Translations under genes and position numbers: made by a program
Origin: Nemertoderma westbladi
Taxonomy: Eukaryota; Animalia; Xenacoelomorpha
Length of the DNA: 64,000 bases
NCBI GenBank assembly: GCA_032718475.1
Contig: JAUCBJ010004880.1
Location: 23,340-87,339, forward strand
Direction: 5' to 3'
Shown here: positions 41,001 through 56,000 of the stretch, in pieces
Layout: each line of letters starts with the position of its first letter
How positions within the stretch are numbered: position 1 is the stretch's first letter
Notes under the pieces: model-generated
Databases searched by the model: none
What the model was told of the DNA's origin: nothing
The model's input: only the letters and a program-made list of their open reading frames with translations

Positions 41001-44000
41001 CTAAATCACTTGAACAACGAATTTATGGTTGCTACACAAGACTACTAAGGGAAGCCCTAAACATCAGCTGGAGACAACACATGAGAAACGCCGAGCTTTA
41101 TGGTACAATACCACCTGTATCAACCACCCTCCGTGAACGCAGATTAAGATTCAGTGGGCACTGCAGGCGAAGTAAAGACGAGGTCATACCAGATCTACTT
41201 CTCTGGCAACCAACTCATGGAAAGCGTAGTCGTGGACTACCGGCCATAACATATATAGATCAACTTGAAAGGGATACTGAACTTGGGAGAAACGAAATTG
41301 CGACAACTATGGAGAATCGGGAAGCCTGGGAGGATCTCATTTCCACTGTCTGAGTTTGCTCGACCTAGTAGTAGTTGTTATTTCATTTGCTTTCCATTTG
41401 CAATGGAGATTATTGTTTACACTTGTTTTATACTTTATGTCAATGTTTAATTAAGTTATTATATATTTCTGTTAGGTAACTACACGTTGCTTAATGTATT
41501 TCTGGCCATTGCTGTCGACAATCTTACAAATGCTCAACTACTTACAAAAGCTGAGGATAAATCAGACCGTGAAAAGGCAATCAAGAGACAAATTCTCGAG
41601 GTCAGTTTAAAAATGTAAATACAAAATCTGAATAAAGAGATTAAAATATATGAATAAATGTGGTTTGCGAAAAAGTAGTGATGTTTTCCAGAGTTTGGGG
41701 TAATGCAGGTATAAAGTAGCCCATAGTTGTTTTACTTCTACTACAATCGGGATCACTTCTACTACAATCGGGATGACTTCTACTACAATCGGGATGACTT
41801 CTACTACAATCGGGATGACTCTACTACAATCTGGATGATTCATTGCTGCTGGGTTAAAAGTCACTCTCTCGACTTTTATTATGCTCTCTGGTCTAAAATA
41901 TATTATACGAAATCTGCTTTTAATAAGTTGCATACCGCCATAAACAAAACAGTCAGAAATGTATTTCGTTTACATTTATTTAATGTTGAAACTGGTTTGC
42001 CTAACAGCGCCAGTGCTATGCTTGTTAATCTAGGTATTAAATCACTTATTGAAATACATAGACATGCTCTATGTAGTTTGCATATACGTGTTGATAAATC
42101 TATAAACTCAATTATCTCTACTGTTCACTTGGTGTGTCGCCCAGTCTCAGTATTATATAGTAACTTCATAACATTATGTAGATAGTCCAATTACTAATTT
42201 AATTTACGTCCTAATTAAATTTTACTATACTATAATACTCCGTGCTAAATATTAATATATATCTATCTTTTACCATATGGCTGCAATATGCTGAAATAAA
42301 GAAGATTAAATAAATTACACCACCACACCTCCCTTTCGCCCATCACTTTCACGATTGCAGAGGCAGTAAATCATGCATACATAGGATGCAGGCCGGGATA
42401 TTTGTATTGTATAGGTGTAGATATGATATTGTGTACCTTTAATAATAGGTATATTATAAATGATTAGTAAGAAAAATACTTCCTCTAGCAAAGTGAGGCA
42501 GACCTGCCTCCTCAACCTCAGGTGGCTGATGATGAAATCCAAACAGCCCCTTTAGAAAGAACGATAAGCCAACCTAAGTTGGTTATGGATACACCATCAA
42601 TACGTCTGGATAGATTCCATCCTCAATCAATAGTACAAGAGACCAATGGAATAGGCCATCAGTTCGTTGAAGAGAAATATGATGATGATGAAGATGATGA
42701 CTCTGCACGTATACTTCCCTATACTTCACTGTTCATATTGAGCCCAACAAACAGGTACGTAGTTTAGGTTTTCTTATATAATTTATTCGGTAGCTGCTTG
42801 ATGCCTAATGTATTATTAAGTTGAACGTTTTTATGTTCTTTACTTGTAGAAAAGCGGTAGTGGAATTGCCATTGATTTGATATAAGATTGGGTAGTTACT
42901 TCTTACCATATAACTGATTATATTCAACAATAATTTTACCCTTGAAAACAAATACATTTTCTTCCTTTATCTCACTTGGGACTGGTTTTTCAATATTTTG
43001 CTTTGGCTACTATTGGCTACTGGCTACTGACTACTGGCTACTGACCTAGAGCAAAAACGGCTCTAACGATTTTGATGAAATTTTGCATGGACCATGAAAA
43101 TAGATTTATATGGGTACTTGTGAAATGGCGGTTTAAATTGAAACATCTCAACTTGTTTTATTTCGAAAAATAGCCCCAAAACACGAAAATTGCCATAGGC
43201 GCAATGATAAAAATACCAGCTGGCACTCATGAAAAGTGTATAGAGATGGCCTGGTAATGCATTCAATAGGAATGCCAACTTACAAAGAAGTACTTTCTGT
43301 GCCAAGTATTATCACTCTACTCTACAACCCAGACAGTAAGCAAACATTAACTGGTTTAGCTGGCTATTACAGTCTTAGCTGAATAACTCTTCCCAATATT
43401 AATTAATTGGCGTGCAAGCTAAATGACTGTTAGTTACACAGTGTGTTGGCTACACAGTGTATTGTACTATGATCTCATCGAATTATTGTTTTATTTTGAA
43501 ATCGTTGTGCCATCATTAATACTGTGGAGGCTGTATGCTTATAAGGCTGAATGTTTACTCAGCCTCATAATGATTCTCCATAAGGCTACATTATAGTTTG
43601 AAATATAAAAATCTGTTATAATAATAATATAATTGTTGTATTTAATTAATATCGTGGTTTACATTGAACAGTGTAAATTGTTAATCGCGGTTTACATTGA
43701 AACATCTCAACTTGTTTTATTTATTACTAAAATAAGAGCGAATTTGTATTATCACTTCTTGTGGGCGATTGTATTGAATTCATGACAACTTCTGTTATTA
43801 TTATTAATCAATTGACACCTCGACTCCTCTCTGACTACTCTATCCGATAGCTATATCATTTCGCAAACTGCTCTCTATCTTCTATAATCACAACAGCTTT
43901 TATAATTCATTAGATGATTACAACATAATAATTATAGTTTGAAGTTGTCTAGAAAATTTCTCGCACACCACCAGGACCACCCTCACACTAATTGATTATC

Positions 44001-47000
44001 AGACAGAAGAAAAAGCTTTTACTTGACTCGTACTGTCTCCTACGACTTCCTTCACGGGCCACTAGTTCTATCATTGAGTTATTTTTAATTAATTTATTAT
44101 ATTTATTTCAAGATGAATTCCACACTGACTTGAAAATAATTAACTTGGCTTAGAATGACTATTGTGTTAAGTGTAACTGAATTATTTTGATAAATGTGAT
44201 AATATTGTCATCAATTAGTGATCAATTAGTTTGTATATTTATATGCAATGATACATAATTTTATTTCACAGAGTTAGAATGGCAGCTCATTACATCGTAA
44301 ATATGAGACATTTTGAGAATGTAATCCTATTTCTTATTATTGTGAGCAGCTGCGCCTTGGCTACGGAGAGTCCTATAAGCATCGACAGTAACTTCAATTG
44401 GGTTAGTAAACAGTTAATAATCAAGATTCAGTACACTGTACCTTAAAACAAGTACTCATGTGGTGTCATTCAACTTCATTCTCATTACAATTTCTACATT
44501 TTCAGACTCTTGATCGTATTGACTGGTTCTTCACTGCTGTATTTCTGTTGGAAATGTTGCTAAAGGTATGAATGAAAGTTGTTATTATGATAGAGAAACT
44601 TAATTTTAATAATATACACAGTATGTACCGGTCGAATTATTAAGATAGTCATTTTAAGAAATGTAATTATGTCAGTTTAAGCATATAGTCCATTATTAGC
44701 TTCCTGTGAAGGAGAAACTCCAGTTACACTATCAGTCAGCTCACATACATTTACCGTGTAGCTGGTAATGGGATGAGAAATGCAATCGATATAAGATAAA
44801 ATATTATTCCAAAATATTTTAAAATATTTAATTTATTTCCATATTTTGAGGCATTGCTAAATAGTATATGAACAGGTGTCATTCATCTTTGCTTAAATTC
44901 TTCCTCCACAGGTCATTGATCTCGGATTACTTCTCCATCCAGGCTCATATTGTAGAGATCCATGGAATATTGTTGATGGTGTGGCGGTGTTATGCTCTGT
45001 TGTCAGTTTTTCATTGGAAATGTAAGTCTAAATAAAGTTGTTGGAAACAACCAAATGTCAAACCAAGCGACATGCAATTTATAGCTGTGCAATGTCATAT
45101 GTCATATTTATAGCTGTGTCAAACTTGTGAAAAAATTACGGTGTTTGGATCAAAATGAACCACTAATTAAATTATTCACATCAGCTCGTGATTTTTTTAA
45201 TAACATTCCTAAATTACTAAAGGATTACTTAGCCTGACTGAAAACTATGAATCCATATGCATCATACTGCATACATCATGCTGCATTTTTTTGTATTAGC
45301 AGGAGTTATTGGCGTCCGAATATCAAGCACAAACTGTCATTGTTACTGGAAACAAACTGGTTATTTATAGAAACACACATCCTGCAAATCATCGGGTGTA
45401 AAAAGTATTGTGAATATTTTTACCGCTATTAGCTTCCATCAATAGTACTATTGAAATAGTATAGTATGATACACAATACAATTCCAGGTATAATTTAAAT
45501 ATTGAATATCCCAGAACAAGATTTCTGAATATTTTTTTATGTTATTTTTAATTTTCGTTGTCACAGCTTTGCAAAGTCGGCAATGACGTCCAGGTGGGAT
45601 CGACCACCGGTGACGAACCTGGAGGTCACCATTTCGATCCCACCTGGACGTCATTGCCGACTTTCCAAACGAGTGCCCGAAACTTATCATAATATGAACC
45701 CACTCATTCACCCAAAACACCAATAATAATTTATGTTGTGATAGAGACAGTGCTGCTTTATGACAGCCCCCTTAGTACAAAAAAACCACTGAATACGTGG
45801 TTAATATGCTTAACATAGAATATTATAATAACATATTATTAACATACTATGTACACAACAATCAAACATTATGCACTAGTTAGCAAAAATGCATGTTTTG
45901 TTAACTTTGATTGGGACCGTTATAGACTGATTGGGCAGTTATATTGTTGGACGAAATATCGTCAGCCAATTACTTCCCAGAAAAGTTGGGCAAAAATGCG
46001 TATGAATTGGGGCCGAGCCGATATGCCGAGCCGATATGCTGAGTCGATATGCCGAGCCGATATGCCGATCCGATATGCCGAGCCGATATGCCGAGCCGAT
46101 AGGCCGAGCCGATATGCCGAGCCGATATGCCGAGCCGATATACCGAGTCGAGCCGAGCCGAGCCGAGTCGAGTCGAGTCGAGCCGAGCCGAGCCGAGCTG
46201 AGCTGAGCCGAGTCGAGCCGAGCCGAGTCGAGTCGAGCCGAGCCGAGCCGAGCTGATATGCCGAGACGATATGCCGAACCGATATTCCTAGCCGATATGC
46301 CGAGACGATAAAGCTGCGTCTGGCTAATCGCTAATGTTACAAGCGAGGTCGGGTGATATTTATATATAAAAGTAGAAAACATTGTATTACATATTTACCT
46401 ATTTCTAAACTGATATGCTATATTTAATTCATTAAGTAGTATGATTGTAGAGGTATTCCCACACACATTATGTTACAATTTCATTTCCCTTCCATAACAG
46501 GGCTCAGCAAACAAGTAGTGCTGGAATTATCAAATCTCTAAGATCACTTCGTGTTCTCAGACCATTTAAAACTATAAAGAGAGTTCCTAAACTAAAGGTT
46601 TGTGCACTAAAAATAAATAATTATAAGAAGAACATTATAGATCTTTATTGAATCATCATCCATATGGGTCATTGGAACTCATTAAATTAGCAATTCCGTA
46701 CAATAATTATGGTTAATTAAAGCCAATCTTCTCTACAGACACAATTATTCTAAATAAAAAATGAGCTTCTATGCAAAAATACTTAATAATTATATTATAT
46801 TATATTATATTAATATGTGGATTAAAGCTAGATACTTGTTGTGTTGAAATATTATTATTTTTCCTTATTGTGATTTAACTTGCTAAATGTGAAATGTGAT
46901 TTAATTTGACGATTCAATTATTTATGTTTCAGAATGTGTTTGATTGCGTTGTCACTGCCATAAAGAACGTATCTTCAATACTTGTTGTCTACACCTTGTT

Positions 47001-50000
47001 CCATTTCATATTTTCTGTTATTGGTGTTCAACTATTTAAAGGAAAATTTTTTTATTGCACAGATCAATCAAAATTCACAGAAAATGAGTGCAGGTTAGTT
47101 CGCTACATTACATGTTAGATAAGGCAGATTTTGAAAATAACACAATATCACTGGTAATTTTCAGATAGACCAACATGTCTGAGTGATTCAAAACTCACAG
47201 TTATACCCCTTGTTAACATCTCCATTTCCGAGGTCAAGACTGCCGTAAAGAACATTAAGACCAATCGTGCCAGTAGATTAGATTGCCCCCCCCCCCCCCC
47301 CCCCCCCATATATTGGTGCCAGTTCCATAAAAGGCCAACCTAATACTCTATGGATCTTTTCTAGAAGTCTTGTATACAATACGATATAAGAAGACCAAAA
47401 GCTTGACATTTAGCATTGACCTTCCTCAGCAAATGTTTGATCATGTGCTCTATTATAATATATAATGGTGGGCATGAGCATGCAGATGACTTCTCAACAT
47501 GGGATCATGGATCTGGAAGTCTGGTGAAGACTTTTAAAAACGTAGGGGAAGGCATTGGTAGCCATGAATGAACTATACAAGATTTGGAAGTCTCATATAA
47601 TAAACAGAATCTCGAGGTTCGATTATTTATAACAGCAGTACAACCTGTACTCCTATATGGTACTGCACTCCTATCCGCTTATATATTTATCCCCTATTTG
47701 ACACCTGAATAGAGCGCCTGCACTATGTAGGATATTGCTCTCGTCATGATGACAAACCAGTGCGCAATCTTGTGCTTTGTGAAGCCTTGTGTTCAACAAT
47801 AGGTCAGGTCAGGTATTCTATGTCATTGATCAAGAAAACTTGCCACCTCCATGCAGCATAAAGGAGGTGCCACCTGTAGCTGCATAGACCCTCTTACTAG
47901 GGCAAATCTGGTCCTGTAACTAGGACCCCCCTTCGTTCTGGGATAAGGACACACCCTTGGTCCTGGATTAAGGATCCATATAATTGGCTGCAGGGGTATA
48001 TTGCCTGGCCAGGCAGATGGTGATCTACCAATGGCTGGTCAGGAGTAGAGTGTTCTCATGTCCACTCTGAGTGCACTTCACTGTGACCTGCACCTGGCAG
48101 CAGGGGTACAGGGCATGACCCAGCAGATGAGCTGCACAGCCAATGGTTGGTCATGTGCACCAGAGTAGATATGGGTGATGGGCCTCATATATGACTCCAC
48201 TGCGACACCCACCCTGTGGAATGGCAAACCAGGGTGTGGTATTTGCCCCGAGAGCTGACTCGGCAAAAAAGCACCCCCCAACCCCCACTATGGATTACAT
48301 TAGTAATGCGGAGGTCCGGCCACTAGAGGCCAGTGGAATTACTGGACACAATCGGCCTCATAGGCATCAGTTATATCCTGTCCGGCTGCCTGTCTCACCC
48401 CCTACTGGAGAGAGAGCAGCCAACAATTATTTGAGTCCCTTTCCTGATGACCTTTCTGGCCCAAACACTGGGTCACCAGGGAGGACAGATTGTGAGGGGT
48501 AGAAGGATTCTGGAGTTGGAGGCTACACTCATGTTCCACCCCGACCAACAAAGCCATTGGTGAATCTGAGGCAAGTCACTAGATTAGCCTCAGTAAACAC
48601 CCTAACACTCGGGTCTCCAATGCGACAAGGTGAGCTGACTGCCTTGGCAGATAAGCTTTCTCTTAGCGCAGTGGGTGTTCAAGAGCACCAAATGCAGACT
48701 GGACATACTGATGAGGTTCTAATTAAGAACATGGGGGCGGTTAGCGACTTGCCCTCGCGTCAGCAGATGATAGTGGCAATGGTGGAATTGGTCTATTGAT
48801 GAATCTAACTGCACATGCAGCATTGGACAAAATAGACCAAATCTCTAACCGCATCATCCGTTACCACTTATCATGTTCTGGAAGACTGGCTAAGAAGTTT
48901 CCTAAGGTGGTTCTTATTGTGTGCTACTCTCCAACTAGTGTTGCCCCTGTAGAGGAGGTGGAAAATTTATATCACAATCTACAAGCAGCTACTGATGTAG
49001 TGGATCAGCATGCATTCTTAACATTCCTGGGAGACTTTAATGCATGTCTGCATCAATCACCTACATCGCCCTGGGTCTATAGCAATAGTGCTAATCTATC
49101 TCTGTATCTCTCTATCTCTATCGGCATGACTGGTCCTCTCTGTTGCAACAGCCAAGTGTGAGATCCAGCTTCACACTACAGCTGAGCAACAGGTATGAGG
49201 CTCTTGCCTCTGAGGCGGCAGATCACTGTGAGGGCTATACTGCCTTTACAGAAGCAGTTAAGTTAGCAGCTGCAGAAACAGTTCCTGTATACCCTCGAAA
49301 CAGGAAAAGGGCCCCCTGGACTGACAACAAAATTCAAAAGTGCCGAAATGACCTTCATAAGGCGCAGAAAGAGTCCCGACTCAAACAGACTACAGCGGCC
49401 AAGAATGCAGTTAAGGCTGCATCTAGGTCCCTGAACAGGCAGTACTCTGTTAATCTACAGGAGCTAATAAACCAACAGGTTGATGCCATCAATGATGCTG
49501 ACGACAGCAGGCAATCATCCCAGGCATGGAAATCGATCAATCTGCTTACTGGGCGGAAAAGCCAACCAACCACCAAGGTTAAGGCTGAATCACCAGCCGA
49601 TCGCCTCAATGGTTGGAAAGCCCACTTTGAAAAGCTCCTCAATAATGACAGGGCATTGCCTGATAACTTTATAGAAGTAAAGGTGTCTGAGTCTGTACTC
49701 CCAGATATTCCCATTGGCGATATCTCCTTTGCAGAAGTGAAGGCTGCTGCAAAGAGCATTAAGACCAATCGTGCCATTGGAGTAGATGGTGTTCCCCCTG
49801 AGGTCTTTAAAATACCTGAGTGTTTAAAGCTCATCTATCCCATCATAGTAGACATGTACCGTACAACAAGAGTCCCACAAGAAATGAAAACAAATAAGTT
49901 GGTGCCAGTTCCCAAGAAGGGCAACCTAACACTCTATGGTTCTTTTCGGGGAATCTCATTGATCTCGATTGCTGCAAAGCTATACAATAGGATTCTATTA

Positions 50001-53000
50001 AATCGCATCAGGGATCCCATTGAGAGACTGCTCCGTGGAAATCAGAATGGGTTCCGTAAAGGTCGTGGGACCATGGAGCCCATTTTGGCACTTAGAAGGA
50101 TAATTGAAGAATTATCAAAAAAGAAAGACAGGCATCTGGCTGTTATCTTTGTTGACTTCTTCAAGGCCTTTGATTCAGTCTCTCGCTCACATATGTTCAG
50201 CATACTTTCATTATATGGGATTCCTGATGAAATTATTGCAGCAATCAGATCAGTATACGATGGTTCGACAACATTTGTGTCTACTGTTGACGGTGACACA
50301 GAACCATTTGAAGTGTTATGGGGCGTCCTCCAGGGAGACACACTTGCACCATTCTTGTTCATTATTGTGGTTGACTATGTTCTACGCATGTCCTTAGATC
50401 ATCATAATGATGATGGGGTGATGATAACTCCACCTACTGGCTCCAGAAGTCGAGGAAATCCTGCCAAGTACCTAACTGATCTAGACTTTGCTGATGACTT
50501 AGGAGTACTCTCAGAATCATTAGAGGGAGCCCAACGGCTCCTCAGCTCATTAGAACATGCTGCTTCTAGTGTTGGTCTTTTTATTAACTCCAGAAAGACC
50601 AAAATTCTGACAGTTAACTTTGAAAGTCCTCAGCAAGTCTCTGATCGGATGAGCATAAGATCAAAGGATGGTATGCTTGAACATGTGGACGACTTCTGTT
50701 ACCTGGGATCATGGATCCGGAAGTCAGGTGAGGACCTTCGAATACGTAAGGGAAAGGCATGGGCAGCCTTGAATAGGCTTTCCAGGATTTGGAAGTCACC
50801 GAGAATTAATCGGAAACTTAAGGTCCGATTATTTAGAGCAGCAGTAGTTCCAGTACTCCTCTATGGGAGTCCATGCTGGGCTCTAACTGCTGAGGACACC
50901 AAATCTCTGGATGGCACATTCACAAGAATGCTACGCCGGGTTCATTGTGTCAAGTACAATGCACACATCTCCAACCAGACACTATATAACATTGGAGGTG
51001 TCTCATTGGTTCCCCCGAGCTTGACACTAGAACAAAATCGCCTCCGCTTTGCAGGACATTGCTTTCGCCGTGAGGACCAGCCAGTGCATAATCTTGTACT
51101 TTGGCAGCCTCATGGAGTGAATAAGCATGGTGGACAGCCCATGACTTTCTTGAGACGCATCTTAAAGGACACTGGCCTTAAAGATGCGGATGATCTAGCA
51201 AATGTCATGGGTGATAGGGAGTTGTGGCGGTGCAATTTTGTTGATAAGCCGGCACAGCATTCTTAAAAATGCAGCTGCAATGCAGCATGCCGATCCTAGT
51301 AGTATCTCTATCGATTATCTCTGGAAATGGATTGTTTTTGGCTGGAACCCAGTTCAAGAAGCGAACTGCAAAGCTATGGACTCATAGTGGACCCAGTGGT
51401 CACAAGTCCCAGATTGACCATATTCTGTTCGTAGGAAATACAAGAGCTCTATACAAGACTGTAATGCATTTACACTTCGACCTTTCTCCAGTGATGACCG
51501 CCTTATTGTGGCCAAGGTAAGACTTAGTGTGCATGCAAGCAGAACAACGAAATCTGCCTTGCCGCGGCATGACTGGTCCTCTCTGTTGCAACCGCCAAGT
51601 GTGAGATCCAGCTTCACACTACAGCTGAGCAACAAGTATGAGGTTCTTGCCTCTGAGACGACAGATCACTGAGGGGTATTCTGCCTTCACAGAAGCAGTT
51701 ATGTTAGAAGCTGCAGAAACAGTTCCTGTATACCCTCGAAACAGGAAAGGGGCCCCCTGGACTGACAACAAAATTCAGGAGTGCCGAAATGACCTCTATA
51801 AGGCGCAGAAAGAGTCCCGACTCAAACAGACTACAGCAGCCAAGAATGCAGTTAAGGCTGCATCTAGGTCCCTGAACAGGCAGTACTCTGTTAATCTACA
51901 GGGGCTAATAAACCAACAGGTTGATGCCATCAATGATGCTGACGACACCAGGCAATCATCCCAGGCATGGAAATCGATCAACTTGCTTATTGGGTGGAAA
52001 GCCAACCAACTACCAAGGTTAAGGCTGAATCACCAGCCAATCGCCTCAATGGTTGGAAGGCCCACTTTGAAAAGCTCCTCAATAATGACAGGGTATTGCC
52101 TGGTAACTTTATAAAAGTAAAAGTGTCTGAGTCTGTACTCCCAGATATTCCCATTGGCGATATCTCATTTGCAGAAGTGAAGGCTGCTGCTAAGAGCATT
52201 GAGACCAATCATGTCAGTGGAGTAGATGGTGTTCCCCCTGAGGTCTTTAAAATACCTGAGTGTTTAAAGCTCATCTATCCCATCATAGTAGACATGTACC
52301 GAACAACAAGAGTCCCACAAGAAATGAAAACAAATAAGTTGGTGCCAGTTCCCAAGAAGGGCAACCTAACACTCTATGGTTTTTTTCGGGGAATCTCAAT
52401 GATCTCGATTGCTGCAAAGCTATACAATAGAATTCTATTAAATCGCACCAGGGATCCCATTGAGAGACTGCTCCGTGGAAATCAGAATGGGTTCTGTAAA
52501 GGTGGTGGGACCATGGAGCCCATTTTGGCACTTAGAAGGATAATTGAAGAGTTATCAAAAAAGAAAGACAGGCATCTTGCTGTTATCTTTGTTGAGTTCT
52601 TCAAGGCCTTTAATTCAGTCTCTCGCCCACGTATGTTCAGCATACTTTCATTTTATGGGAATCCTGATAAAATTATTGCAGCAATCAGATCAGTATACGA
52701 TGGTTTGACAACATTTGTATCTACTGTTGACGGTGACACAGAACCATTTGAAGTGTTATGGGGCGTCCTCCAAGGAGACACACTTGCACCATTCTTGTTC
52801 ATTATTGTGGTTGACTATGTTCTACGCATGTCCTTAGATCATCATAATGATGATGGGGTGATGATAACTCCACCTACTGGCTCCAAAAGTCGAGGAAATC
52901 CTGCCAAGTACCTAACTGATTTAGACTTTGCTGATGACTTAGGAGTACTCTCAGAAACATTAGAGGGAGCCCAACGGCTCCTCAGCTCATTAGAACATGC

Positions 53001-56000
53001 TGCTTCTAGTGTTGGTCTTTTTATTAACTCCAGAAAGACAACAATTTTAACAGTTAACTTTGAAAGTCCTCAGCAAGTCTCTGATCGGATGAGCATAAGC
53101 TCAAAGGATGGTATGTTTGAGCATGCGGACGACTTCTGTTACCTGTGATCATGGATCTGGAAGTCAGCTGAGGACCTTCTAATACATAAGGGAAAGGCAT
53201 GGGCAGCCTTGAATAGGCTTTCCAGGATTTGGAAGTCACCGAGAATTAATCGGAACTCCTCTATACTCCTCTATACCCCTCGGTACTCCTCTATGGGAGT
53301 CCATGTTGGGCTCTAACTGCTGAGGACGCCAAATCTCTGGATGGCACATTCACAAGAATGCTACACCGGGTTCACTGTTCAAGTACAATGCACACATCTC
53401 CAACCAGACACTATATAACATTGGAGGTGTCGCATTGGTTCCCCTAAGCTTTACACTAGAAAAAAGCCGATTCCGCTTTGCAGGACATTGCATTCGCTGT
53501 GAGGACCAGCCAGTGCATAATCTTGTGCTTTGGCAGCCTCATCGCTCATGGAGTGAATAAGCATGGTGGACAGCCCATGGCTTTCTTGAGACGCATCTTA
53601 AAGGACACTGGCCTTGAAGATGCGGATGATCTAGCAAATGTCATGGGTGATAGGGAGTTGTGGCGGTGCAATTTTGTCGACAAGCCGTCACAACATTCAT
53701 AAAAATGCAGCAGCAATGCAGCATGCCGATCCTAGTAGTAGTATGTTCAACATCATAGTGGTTTAAATTATTTTCATTGGTCACAGCATAATTAGACAAA
53801 GCGAATTGCGCTGATGGGCACAGTGAATACGACAATGAGGTTCAGTTGAGATCGAACTGGTTCCATCCAGGATCAATTAAATTATGTACAACTATTATCT
53901 TTATTTATTATTAAATATATAATTTCAATTATCTGTATTATTTTGTTTATTCTACTTTCTGGAAAATATGTACAACTTCTCTTTCAGAGGATCATTTTTG
54001 GAAGAAACTAAAGATGGTTTTCATGAAATTCCACGAGAATGGAAAATACATGATCTGAACTTTGACAACACCCTCCACTCAATGCTTTCTCTATTCTGTG
54101 TAACTACAGGAGAAGGTTGGCCTGGGTAAGTCGGTAGCAAAATATCCAGTAAACTATATAAGACATATTATTCAATTATTTTTATTAATTTGATTTAATT
54201 ATTAATTATTATTATTCATTAAATTAATTTAATTTACAATAAATTAATTGGCATACTGCTAAAATATTAGATAATATAAAACCTTAGGTATAATTTATAT
54301 AGAACGAATGATAACAATCTTCTCAGTCTTGTAGAAAACGTTGAAGTAAGTTAATATTTATATATAACATAGAATAGTAAAAGTAATAGAATTGTCACAG
54401 GACAAAATACATCTCTCAAACATTAAAAGATACAATACACCATTTATTATAAGTTATCATTAATTCCATAAATATAATATTTCAGTGTGTTAAAGAACAG
54501 CATTGATGCAACAACCGAGAATCATGGTCCTATTCCCTACTTCTCGATGGAATTGTCAGTATTTTACATTGTATTTTTCATCGTATTTCCATTTTTCTGG
54601 GTGAATATCTTTGTTGCTTTGATTATAATAACGTTTCAAGAAGAAGGTGATACCAATGTCATTGGCGATATCGATAAAAATATAGTAAGAATTTATTTAT
54701 TGCACAGATTGTGGACGAATTTATTAATATAATTATTATATATTAATTAATTTATACCATAGAATTAGCTGACTTTCTGACTAACCATAACCAACAAATA
54801 TTTTTGTTATGTACTATTTACATACGAGATGTCTTAGACCTGCAGCCCAACATTTTAGGGATGTAACCAACATACGTTGGTATATGTACCACTACGCTAC
54901 TTCTGTACCACTACAGAATATATACTATTTTTATTAAATTGTTTCAAAGTACCATCTTTACTCTGTATTTTATATCTTTCCATCAAAATGTATAGCAAAA
55001 CCGGCCCACGCAATTTTCCAATCTAGGAATTCACTGCACATCAAGGACTACTATAGTACAGGACTGACACACCCCTTCATCTGACTTCGCTAAAAAGTCC
55101 ATTGGTTTGGTAATGCTTATGATGTTATAAACATTGTTATTGAAGGATTTTTATGAAATTTAGTAAACAATCATAATTATTTGTAACATAATATATTTTG
55201 GTGTCAAGAAATAAAGGACGAGTGCAGCGAGGCTTGTAACAAAGGGGACGAGTGTTGTGTACTAACTATTCATTATAGTTGTGAGACATAGAAAATGATG
55301 TGAACGTAGCACAATGGGCCGGTGTGCAGAAATAGGCGGTTTTTGAACATTGTTTGGCCACATTTTTGATATTATCAAGGTATAGTGGACATTTTGGGGT
55401 TTTCAAATCTGGCTTTGTTTTTTTTTTGTTTTGTTTTTTTTGTTTCCTGATAGCACAGGCAAAGGAGGTACAACAACAACAGGCAATGTTGCTAGACGTT
55501 TATTTGATGATCCTTCTAACATGCAATATTTGTTCAATTAGTGCCTGATGCTAAACAAGAACATATCTGTGTACTGATGAAGAAGCTCTCCTTGATATTG
55601 AGAATAATTCGAAGCCGACTGTCTGTCAATTTAGAGCGTTACAAAGAACTGTGCACTAATACACATATATATATTATTGAAAATTTCAAATGGGTGAGCA
55701 TCACTCCAACAGTTCATAAAGTCTTAGCTCACTCATGGGAATTAATTCAAATCAATCATGGATCTGGGTTGGGTGCTGTGTCTGAAGAAGGCTTGGAAGG
55801 TTCAAATAAGTTCCTTCGATCAATTAGGATCTCCCACTCACGGAAAACAAGCCAAACTGCTAACCTAACTGACTGTTTGAACATAATGTGGTTGGGATCT
55901 GATCCTGTAATCAACAACCACAAGTTCTTAAGCTCCTGTTATTGCAAGTTCTGCAAAGTACATGGTCATTTCACTCGTTACTGCAAGATTAAGGACTCTA

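Noticed and set aside
45849-46382. ORFs with RAEPS / SARLG repeats
   Set aside because: Translations of the (GCCGA)n microsatellite.
51303-53743. Segmental duplication or assembly duplication of the RTE
   Set aside because: The copies differ at many sites, and the TSDs show nested insertion.
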